Source: Phoronis australis (lineage: Eukaryota; Animalia; Phoronida). From it: a DNA stretch of 64,000 nucleotides. Under the pieces are notes generated by a model, which was not told the origin of the DNA, ran no database searches, and saw nothing but the letters and a program-made list of their open reading frames with translations. Of this stretch, positions 11,914-23,401 are shown piece by piece. Position numbers and translations under genes: made by a program. Every line of letters begins with the position of its first letter. The first letter of the stretch is position 1. Where the stretch lies: NCBI GenBank assembly GCA_002633005.1, contig NMRA01000108.1, positions 885,855 to 949,854 of the forward strand. The letters are read 5' to 3'.

Positions 11914-14718
11914 GTCTCAACCACTAAGTTCTTAACAGGGAGGAGAAACAGTTCAGCATCAGGACACGAAACATTTCAAACACAACAACAGGTCTCTGTG
12001 AACACACATAAGATCAAATCGTTTGAAGGGAGCCACAAACGCAGGCTCTAAATTCAATACCCGTACTGCGAAGACAAGTCAGAGATCAAGTAAACTGCAC
12101 TCAATACCATTGCAGACTCCCAAAGGGCATGTACTCCAGTTACTGCATTGTTTCTCTCCCCTGCCATAGGTAGTGGAACGTGATGAGTATTACCAAATGT
12201 TGTGTGTACGTTTATATCTAAATCTTGTGTGTAAGTATTGATCAACACGTTTTCATATCATGAAAATGCGCAATCTAAACCAGGCATGTAAACTCATCAA
12301 GATATGACATAGAAGAAACCAGAATAGGGTATAAGCAAGGCAAACTGCTTGGAGTTTCAAAATCATTCAACAGCGCAGATTAGACATTGTTCAAAAGCCT
12401 TTAATATATACAGACAAAATTTCATAATTTTAAAATTAAAGCAATATTTTTGCACAAAAGAAATCAAGTGTTCTCATTATACTGAAGTGTCGACACTTTG
12501 TTGTTGAATCCACCTCTTAAATTGGGAGTTAACCAGCGCTGTTAACTTCGACAAAAAAACGAAATTAAGTGTTCCCACTGACCAAAGATTCGGAGGCAGT
12601 GGGAAAGGCCTTAAAAGTGATTTTTGACCACACAGCATTGAGCCCGTCAGTAGCACTTGACAGCAGGCAGTCTACGGTAGTAAGTGCCATTGAGTTCACA
12701 GCTGGACTCCGCATGATGCAACTTTTAATTGCCTCTCTATATCATGTATCATTGGAAGCCAATTTGGTGTGTCCCTTTGCAAAACAGAAGAAGTTAATCA
12801 AATGGGATGCTGAAATGTAACCACATTATCCGAGACACTGTGTACTCGTAACGAGGCCATTCAGGTACCCTGACGTGTGGACAGACCAGCTCAGACTCTG
12901 AGTGGAATACTCACTTTGCATAATGGCTGCCACTGAAATGATAGTTCGGTGTGATTGGAATGATGGGAGAAAGATATACGTGCCTTGCATCAACAGAACA
13001 CGCCCTTGAAATTTCACAAATCAGAAGAGACTACAAATATCAATATAAGAGCACAAAAAATACAGAATGTTCTTCATTTTCAGTTCTTTTGCCATTAACT
13101 TTTTTAATTTTCACAAATTGCCAATATTCCAAAGTGTACAGTAATCAATTTTCTAGCAGGTGTTGTCTTATCACAGCTTTTCAATATAAACGGAACAAAT
13201 TCAACAAAAAATTCATCAAGATATATTAAGAGCTGTTTAGATTATTTGACAATTACCTTGGGACATCCTGTCATATTTGTGTCCTAAATTAGTGAGGTTT
13301 TAGGGTAATAATGTAAAGTGTGTGACATTAAACTTGACTTTATTCTTTGATTGATGCCACCCTTAGACCCTGATATAGTTGATGAGTGTACTATAAATCA
13401 ACTCCATCAATGGCTAATTGACAATTGAGTGAACCAATATTGGCTTTTAAAGATGGGTTGAGACCCTTATCGAGATGACCATCACTGATTTGACCAAGGG
13501 GCTAAGTATACAGAGGCTTCCTGTCCATTGTTGTCCACTGATGTCCAGTCTCTAGCCAAAGGCTGGGCACAATGTAGGTTGCCGGGTAATTGGACACCCC
13601 AGAAAAAGCCTTTGGAACATCCATTTCAGAAATTGTAACACTTGGTCAATGCTCCTTTGATTAGAATGAGCCTGGATAAAAATTGGTGTTAATAACTCCA
13701 TCACCACTAGTAAAATATTGTAAAGGTGCACCTTCATTGACAACCAAAACTTTTCTCCCAAAGATTCCAAAATGGCCTAAAATGATGAGAATGCTTGGAA
13801 ACTAAATATGGTTCATCCACTTTCATCATTGTCAACATTTTGTTTTAGGCCAGTGAAGTTTCTTTTGAAGGCTGTTGAACCCAACAGTGATTATTTTTCT
13901 TTCTTTCATTTGAAGTTTTATTTACAGCATCATTGGTGTATACCTAGTCAACAGATAATCTGACACCCAAGGCATTTTGTCCACAGACAAACCTGTAAAC
14001 AAGGTAGTTATCATTTAATTAACAATAAGGTTCAGGGAAATCACAACATGAAAGTAGTGACCACCAGATAACAGGAAAATAAACAGATCCTTTTTGTCAT
14101 TGATTGCAATTCTTGTGTTTGGGACAGCAAATATTACCCGTTTCTAAAATTTGGTACAAGCTTCGATATAGAGTAAAATAACATTTTTTTCGCTGACCCA
14201 AACGGGAGAAATTCTATTGTATATTTCAGCTGAATAGATTAATATCCTGACAACACTCTTTGCACGGATAACACATTTTTACACTCGACAACATCAAAAG
14301 CACCGCATTAAATTTTCCTCCGGGCATTATGTATCATATTTTTATGAAATGCTGTGTAATTTCAACTAAAGGCCCTTAAAAACAGCCTGTCATATATTCA
14401 TTCTCGATGCACTATTTGGCCAAATGCACCGTGTAAGGAACAATTCTCACTGGCATCACAAGCCGACATCTGAACATAGTTTCTGAAAACTGAAATTATG
14501 TCACAACTTGTTCTGCTAATAATTTATGAATCCAAAAGTTCAAGTATTAATTTCATAAAAATCCTTATATTACAATCATACATTATTAAATGTAACTACC
14601 TTTAGGTAACTGAAATTGCATTGCAACTTCTTAATAAATTAATAAACAATGAATGAAAGCGTTCTGAAAAGTTACACAAAGTGAAATATATTAAAAATTC
14701 TAAGGTGAGATAAACAAT

Positions 14719-15470
14719 CACGACCCCTATGCTTATTACACTAACCTGTTAGATAGCTCGTAAGAAGGTTTATTTACATACCAAATTTGACAAGGCTCAT
14801 TTATAAGATTGCGGTGCTCTAGCTCCGCAAACATAATTCGAAAAAGGAGTCACAGCGCCATCTTGTGTCAGATTTCGCCCAAGAACAACACTCCTCGCGC
14901 TATTCATTAAGTAACATGCACTATACGTAAATTTCATGACGATCATGCGAAAAATGTGATCTCTAGCACAAATAACATAAGCTAATAAAGTGCAGTTAAA
15001 AATAGCTAGTCACCAATAGAAAAGTCAGCTGAGCAGTAAATCTCGAATATCGCGAGAACGGTAAGTCATAGCAAGCAATGGGTTACACAATGCCAATAGT
15101 GCTTGAGAAGATCTATGCGCAAACCAAATTTCAGGCAGATCTGTCAAACTCAGACCAGTCCTCGCAATTTCTCGAATAACTCGACAACAGTAAGACCAAG
15201 AGAAAAACAAATGAGACGCTCGTGATAGCTCTTTCGATGATCTATCCAAAGAAAATTCAGAAAAATCCGACCAGAAACAGCTGAGCTATGACTCCACAAC
15301 CGAAAAAAGGGAAAAGTGGCCACCACAGTGCCATCTTGTTTCCGGTTTGACCAAAAATAAAAGGCTTCGAGTCAGTCATGAAGCAAATGTTGTGTGTAAA
15401 TTTCACGTCGATCCGATAAGAACTGTGATCTGTAGCATTCGAACAAAGAAACAAGCAAACAAACAAGAAT
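14719..15470. mobile_element. Modular non-autonomous repeat element (CpG-rich insertion with internally repeated modules and an (ACAA)n-like end)
   Basis: Seen: module gccatcttg...aaatttca(tgac/cgtc)gatc...tgtgatct.tagca occurs twice (about 14858-14970 and 15330-15440) and the element ends in aaacaagcaaacaaacaag. Inference: the layout resembles Helentron-associated/pearl-type non-autonomous elements; family not confirmed. Confidence 0.6.
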
Positions 15471-15589
15471 TTTATGGCAAAACAACAAACTTGAAGAAAT
15501 TTCACTTCACCAAGTAAATATACTGTATCTACATGGCAACAGTTGATTTGCATTGAATTTCCAATGATAAGCTCTGCCAAAAAACCTAC

Positions 15590-15673
15590 CTTGTATTTCC
15601 GATGGGAGGAAATTGCCATGCAATACTGGATAAGCGACGGAAAACAGCACGATCCTGGCATAGTTTCAAACAT
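15590..15673 (-). CDS. Candidate alternative first coding exon, MFETMPGSCCFPSLIQYCMAISSHRKYK (28 codons, phase 0)
   Basis: Seen: ATG at 15673, open frame to the strong donor AAG|GTAGGT at 15590, and a locally CpG-containing upstream region (about 15700-16130). Inference: it splices to the 10343 exon. Confidence 0.45.
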
Positions 15674-18600
15674 TACTCCAGTGAAGATATAAACTGATAG
15701 TCTAGTCGCTTATTTTATTCTTCAGTGATGTCGCCGACATTTGATCACCGTTGAAGAGCTACTTGTCAATGAGCCGTCTCATCTGACAAGTCTTGCCAAA
15801 ATCATTGATTTTCTCATTTCAGGTATTCTAGTAACGATTTGAAGATAAAGCGTCACATTTATCAACAAATACGTGATAAAAACACCTGTGCTTAAAACTG
15901 AGTCACAGCTAACAGGTCCACTTTGCAACTAACCCAAGAAACTGATTAGCTATAAACCAGTCAGTTATTCTTAATGACGTAACAAAACGGATACGTATCC
16001 AAGTTCTTCAAATCTAGGACTTCAAATCTTTGAATGCTATCAATCGAAATCACAAATGATTTCTCGTCGATCATGTCCCCTGATAAACGTCACAGGTGTA
16101 ACTAGGCACAGGTGTTCACCGGAGATCCAGGCCCAGATAGCCTTGGTTCACTGGTCACTCCTAACATTGACCATATTATCATGTTCATCACTTGACCAGT
16201 AGACGGACCAGTCAAACCCAAAATCCACAAATAAACCAAAAAACGTTGTTGTCAAAATCTCACTGAGATTTCCCGTTGCTTCGAAATGTTGCTTCTGTGC
16301 ACTGGTCAAGCACCCGTTCTCATCCCTCCCCACTTTACACTGAGTGATGACCCAGATGTCCTGCATATGAATAGCCCCTGGTCACTTCACACTGACCAAT
16401 GAATGGAGATGGTGTGATGTAACCCATTCCCAGCACTGTGTGTATTTGTATGTATTTATGCCTATCCTAGGCCCACAGGCACACCTTTACACATGCAGGT
16501 CACTGATTCTATGGAGATACTGTGTGGACAATTACAGTGTCCCACAAAGTTATTCAATAGTCACAAGGAGTCTTCATAGGAGGGCTTTACTGAGAAGATG
16601 TGATTACAACAGTCTTGAATATGTGTGAAATTTGCAACACTGGTCACAGTCATTCATAAAAACGAAAGGAACTACCAGACCATGAACATGTCTCTTGACT
16701 GGCTGGGGAATGTCCTGGGAGTTTTTTTTTTGAAACACGAGGCAAACATGTTTTAAACTGTATTGCAGACAAAAATACACAAATTTCAAAAAATAAAAAA
16801 ATTCAAAATCAGTCTCATAGAAAAACGTTATTTCTTCGTACCCATACAATTATAAGAACTACCAGAAATATGTTAATCTTGGACTTAAAATCCATTTATC
16901 TATTGTTTTAATTAGAATGACACAAAAAAATCAATTCTTTTCACAAACAGCACAAAACAAATTGTTTTGTTGTCGTCTGTCAAATTGAGATAATGAAAAA
17001 TGCAGTTATTGTAGCTTTTAGTTTTCTCAGCAGATGACCAATACCAAACTCTACATATGTCAAATCCATGAAACAAACTTGACATTCCTTTAGCAAAAAA
17101 TCAACAATAAGAATACTACTGGGCAACTCTACAATGGAGAAGCAGTTCTAGTATAAAATTCTACGATTTAAATAAAATGACCGCTTCGTTTTTTTGCCAA
17201 GCCCTGCAGATGGTGCCCTTCCAGATAGTGGACAGCCACCTAACAACAGGTGTCAATATTTGGATGGTACTTCCAGGAACACAGGCTCTCAATGCAGAGG
17301 GGACAAAAGGAACTGTTTGTCCTCAGAGGATTAGAAGAGCAGAAATAGACATCCAGATGAAAAGACTACCATGACATGTAGCCACTGGTAACAGGCAATA
17401 CGGAAAACAACGGTAGCTAGGACACCAAGCATGACACAAATGTAGAACGAAATGCAGATTCTTCAATTAGGAATAAACCAGCATGTAATGACCAGTGTAA
17501 TGTTCTGTTTAGTTGCAGCATTTAAGAAACAATAAGCCAGAAAATTAGAATTTTAATTTGTAACATTTTTCAATACTAGGTTTAACCTCGTTATTAGCAT
17601 TTTCTGTACCGTGCAGATGTCACAAAATAAGTGTAAAATTTGTGAGCCACCCATGGCCCCAGACTGGAGTTTGGTCCCTCCCCCAGGCACAAAGTTAGGT
17701 AATCGCATACATTTAGAGCATGCATGGTGTGTAGGGCAGGGATACTGGGTTAGGAGATTGTAGGTGGAATTTATTGGCATGGCCAGTCGCTTCCACCCCC
17801 AGAATATGCTCAGGACCGAAGATTTATGTCCAAAATCAAAGAATCTTTACCACAGCATGCTTTCATTTTTTCATCACGTTAACACACCACCAAAATGTCT
17901 CATTCAAAGTCTTAGCATGGTAGTCGGGCATATGCAATATCACAGACTAGAAAAATGTGCGCACTGGACAAAACCACACACCACTAATAAATATTTCGAT
18001 ATCCTCCTTCACAAAAAGCCTAGTAAGAAGAGTTATTCCTCTGTTTCCAGACATCACCTGGTAGCACATCAAAGACTCTGCACTGAAACTGGGTTCCATG
18101 CTCCAAGAATAATTCTATGCTCAATGGATGATTATGGCATCACACAACCTAGCAACAACTGTCAGACACCAACATTCTGAACAGCCGAATAACAACAATC
18201 CTTGCAAGAGATCATATTCTTGAATATTTACAATACTGTGTCTTTTTATAAATATGATTACTAGATCCATGTTTAATCTACCAAGCTGGCATAAAACAAC
18301 TATGACCGTATTTAGAATACGGTTATTTCTAATTTATTTAGTAGTCAATAAGAAAGATCTGAATACCAGTTTCAAGAAATTCAAGTTTTAGCGCCACCTA
18401 TTGAGACTGAGAGTAAGTCACACATCTCAACTAACAACTCAAGAAATTGATACCACACATAATATTCTATAAAACAGTTTTTGTTGGTTCATTACCGTAA
18501 TTCTAAACTTAATTAGCACAAACATTATTGCCAAAGTGTTTACTTTCCATTTTCAATGGCTGATCACCTACAAATTATGAACACTTAAGCAAATGTTATT

Positions 18601-19584
18601 TTCTTACAAACCGTGCTTGCAATAGACTAAACTCCTCTTCATGGTTATTTGTGGAGAAATTTAACCGAATAGAATTCCAATTTGTCGGACATGTTGTGTG
18701 TAAAAGAAATGCAGAATTATCGTAAGTTGTTTTCTATGGTTAGAGTAGCAGAAAACAGTTTCTCACAGCATTGTGTCACACCAGTTTACTAGTGACACCT
18801 ATTGACCAATTGGCAAAAGACACTCAACAACTTAGTGGTGCTGTTTGCTGACACTCTCACTTGCTGTTCTTATAATGTTACCACTATCAATGTCTAGCAT
18901 AGTCTGCAGATTTTAGCCACACTGCTATTTTCCTTATTTTTACATGTATTCCTGTTCAATTGTGCATAATATTAATGGTTTAGGAAGCTACAGTAAGAGG
19001 TCAGGTCAGTGACAGAAGATTGTGACAAAAGTGTTGTTGGTTCTGATTTATTTTTGGAAAATTGAGTCAGTAGTGTGGTATTTTTAGATGCTCAATTTTT
19101 CAAAAGAAAGCAAACGATGTTGGATTTTTTATTTTACTCATCACTTTTGAAAATCATGGTGATTCAAACTGTGTTTACCCTTGCTTACATGCTGTTGTGT
19201 AGCTTACCAAAAACATGAGACTTTAGTTGAAATACATACAGACGGGCATTTTTTTACTTGGTGAATGCAGAATTCAAAATGAGCTGGTGCGATTAAAGAT
19301 CAGAACCAACACTTGAATTTTGGCCTCATATCATTTTTACCAATGAAATAACATAACTAACAAAAGAAACATGCAGGTTGTGACTGAAACTTAACAATTC
19401 AATTTTGGAAGCCAACCAACTTACAGACTTTGTGACACTGACCGACCGATCAGCTCAAAATTTGAAAGCATTTTCTGTCACGGCATAAAAAAGATAAAGG
19501 GATAATTAGCCTGGTTTGGAGTCAGCAACAAGCAATGAATTTAAGACGAAACGACCCTTAAACAATGCTAAACGCAAGACTCAC

Positions 19585-21492
19585 CAGATCTGTCCTCACT
19601 CTTGGGATGGACAGTGACCGCGACTGTGCCCGACAGATCAGAATGTCTTCGCTCGACGCCTGGTTCGGAAGCGAGGCTGCCCGCAGCTCCCTTCTCCTTA
19701 CGCCAGATACCTCATCACCATCCACCGCCGCCGACGACTGAAACATAACATTGTCTCGCTCCAATGATTTTGACATTCCAGGCTTGTCGCCTTCCTCCCC
19801 ATTCAATCCGATTACTGGATGATCTTGAACTTGAACGTCTTCTTTTGAGGAATGTTCCGGGATTGACTCGCAGACGCTACGTGACGACAGAGTATTGTAC
19901 ATCTGTGGGTGGAATTCCGGTGCCGAGTGACTTGTGGGCAGCCAATGGCAACCTGACTTCTCGTTTCCCCTATTAGACAATTTGGAAGCCGCGGAACGGC
20001 TTTTGGGCAGTGACTGAATTCCGTTGCGGTCGTCAACAGCTTCCTTTGATGATTTCCCTAGCAGCTTCAACGGGAGAGTTGATGAGCGGATGGGCAGACA
20101 TGCATCCCACACGCCACCTGGTGGAGATACATCGTGATTGGCGGGAGGACTTTCCACCTTGGCATATTTATTCTCAATCACCTGAACCTTGTTCTTGCTG
20201 CGGAAACTGCCCAGCGAGATGATGCTGTACTTTGACTTTTTCTGTTTCGTTTCCTTCGACACCACGGAATGGATACTAACATCAGCCACGGGACTAGCAA
20301 CAGGGGACCTCGCAGGCCTTGTCGGAGCCTCGTTGACTGCCTTAATACTATTAAAACTGCTGCTGCTACTCGATGACTTGGGCAGGCTACCGGAGTTTGA
20401 AATCAGAGAATCAGACATGCTGGAGGGCAGCATTTTCTCAAAGGGATCCATCTCGGCTGTTTTTGCACCCCCATTCCCCAATAGCTCAGTATTGCACATC
20501 AATTTCTTAGTTTGCACTTTATCTCTTGTGTACTGGTGAGCATAATATTTCTTATGCATTGTGTCAAGCAGCGACGTTCCTGGTGATTTCGGTGAGGACA
20601 CCTCAGGAACTACATTAGTTGGAGATTGTCTTACTTGGTTCTCAGGCAAAAGCAGTGATTTTGTGGTTGCAGGACTTGATACCAACTGAGACACGTTGAG
20701 GGGGATGTTTCCACAAGGACTAGCCACAGGAGACTGTCTGACTCCATTAGAGTTCACATCATTATTGCATTGTAGCGCCACATTGTCATCTTTGTTGTTG
20801 AGCTTTGTTGTTTCCGACTTCGGCGAATTCTGCGAAATTGGCAGAAATCGTTTTCCACTAGAGCCATCATTGGCGGCACGAGATGTTTTAAACAAATTTA
20901 ACGACAGCTTTGAGCGGTCCACCTTTTTCCCGTGTTGACCTAATTTTCCAATTCTGCCACGTTCCATGTGCTGATCTTTACTGACAGCAGCATCGGTATC
21001 CGTTCTCTGCTTCCTTTTTGCACTTTCGTTATCATTTCGGAACTCAGCCTTTGAAATTTCATCACACATTTTCCGCTTTCCCGTTACCGGATTGCTTTCC
21101 GCAGACGCGACGGTGTCGGTAAGTCCCCATACACTCTCCTTGCACAACCCCACACTATTGCCATTGCCGATACAACTTACGTCAGAGTTCTCTATCACTT
21201 GAGCATCTCTTCCAATGCTCAAGGGTATCTCTTTTTCGATAGGATTCATGTTACAGTCCGAGATTCTCACATGCACATTCCTAGAGATTTCCGTTACGAC
21301 ACAGTTGCAGACAGTTGTCACATTGCCGTTATCCAACTGATGACTGTCATCAATGTCTGTCAGTTGCTCACAAGAGGGAGACAGTGGTGGCGGTGGGGGT
21401 ATAAATAGTTCGAAATCCTCCGCTTTTACTTCACGCGACGGAGTCCTGCTCTGGCGATCGACCGCTACAGTACGTCCATTGAGCATTTGTTC
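19585..21492 (-). CDS. Large internal coding exon (1908 nt, 636 codons, phase 0-0) encoding a Ser/Pro/Lys-rich, probably disordered region of an unidentified protein
   Basis: Seen: the only long ORF in the window (642 aa in the track), with higher GC/CpG than its flanks. Minus-strand acceptor ttcaattttatttcacag|GAA CAA ATG at 21492 and donor GAT CTG|GTGAGT at 19585, just before the in-frame stop. No domain is recognisable by eye. Confidence 0.88.
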
Positions 21493-23256
21493 CTGTGAAA
21501 TAAAATTGAAGAGTTTACAACCAAAGTTGACACATTATAATGCAAAGCTGGCATCAAACTCTCCTTTAAAAATGAAAAAGCCAAGTAAGGTAACTCTGTA
21601 AGAGAAATGTTGTACAATGAAAATAGGGCAATGAATCGAGAATTGAAATCTTACAAATCCATGCAAATATTCAAATATCAATTCTCATTAGATAGCGTCT
21701 GTGCTTAAACATGCTAAACAATGACGTTTGACCTGTTTAACGCTATTTACACTTTCTCTCACTGAAAGTAATGTTTCCTGCTGCGATTACATATGACTGA
21801 AGTATTTAACATGACACCAGCTCCTCAAACAAGTTGCCACCCAACACCATCTAAAATGAACTGCACACAAAGAATCCCTCCTTGATATGACTGACCTGAT
21901 CAATTTTCCATGTGAACTTTAAACGTGACCGGCACAGCAAAATGTAACATCGATGTCTTGTAATATAAAGAGTTCAATGAATCCCCATTACGGTTTCAGA
22001 ACAATTACGGCAAAGCAAAAAATTCTAGCCTCGTGGACACAAACAAGATCGGGTTCCTAAGGAAACATCACAAACCTAAGGATGCCATCTCAAAAACTGG
22101 ACAACTGTCAAATTGTCTCTTTGATCTACTACTCCATTTTACCATCAGAACTCAGGAAGCGACGATTACCAGGAGAATATTACTGTAGATAATGTCCGAT
22201 ATGATTAGTCTAGTAACAATAAAGAGAATTTAAAATTAGCATCAACAACAGATGACACTGTAGCTCAGGTATTGCAAAGTAGAGAACGTGAGAACAGAGG
22301 GATGCTTGTATCAAAAACATGTAATTTCGATAGATACTTCTAAATCAAATTTCCTATCTTTTCATCTGATGTCTGAAAAAAGAATAGAATATCTATACCG
22401 AGTCATTCACTGTAGATGTCTACTTGCAATGTTCATTTTATCAATATTGAAAAGTGGGTGCAACTTGAATCAAACTAAGTCGCTCTTTTAACACAACCAC
22501 GTAGGAACTTGAGTAAAACTTTCAGCCAGCAAAACATTTTCACAAGGTCTCTAAGACAACTTAAGTTGTTCCAAAAATCCTAAAATCCTTGCCTTTTTAA
22601 GGAAGACTTCTCACAGATATCAATCTAGGACAGTCCAACAACAAACAACAGTAGAAAAACTCAGCACCACATTTTGTCTGAATTTCACCACCAATACAGT
22701 CTCCTGCATTGTGTACATAATGGAAGACCCCCTAGATGTTGATGGACAATGTTTTGGAGAACTCCCCAGCCAACTAATAACATAGATTGGTGGATAAAAA
22801 CAACATCTCTGACAAGGTCATGATGGTTCACATCACACCACATGTACTGGTCTATAAACAATCGTTTATCGTTTTAGAATAGCGGATTTTGAGGACAACT
22901 TGCTAAAGCCATAATTACAGACGGTTTGCTCAAGAGATTTGTTATCTCCATCGGACTTGCTAAATCCATTTAGAAAACAAATTATAATATTGACCGATAC
23001 ATCATCAATCAAATTTCCAATCACGTTACAAACGAATTCGACAGCAGAACATGAACTACATTGTCATCCATCATGTACAAACCTAACCCTGAAAAAGCTG
23101 CAAGTCAACACACTACCATGGATGGTTTTTGTGCAAACCATATCCTGGTCCTCCGCATTTAATCATTGGAAAAGTTTGTTACAATGTTGCCAAAATATGC
23201 ATTCCAAAACAGTGTTTCGTGCAAAAAATATCGCTGTCCCCTGTACTAGTCACTGG

Positions 23257-23401
23257 CTGCACTTGATTGACTTCGCTCTTCTGCAAGGTCAACCACTGTT
23301 CAGACATTTGATTGGTTCTCGATGACGACTTGCGGCTTATAAACCAATCAGATGTCTTAGCCGATTGGGCCAGTGGAAGCGGCAAATTCAATGAAGTGCA
23401 G
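23257..23401. repeat. Degenerate long inverted repeat centred near 23329 (MITE-like core)
   Basis: Seen: agacatttgattggtt (23302-23317) pairs with aaccaatcagatgtct (23342-23357), and ctgcacttgattga (23257-23270) pairs with tcaatgaagtgcag (23388-23401); both pairs share one axis. Confidence 0.7.

Noticed and set aside
19558-21486. 642-aa ORF as a complete single-exon gene
   Set aside because: A strong in-frame acceptor lies 6 nt before the ATG and a GTGAGT donor lies 8 codons before the stop, which points to an internal exon.
19764-21601. Plus-strand ORFs overlapping the large exon
   Set aside because: They are antisense shadows of real coding sequence and have no independent support.
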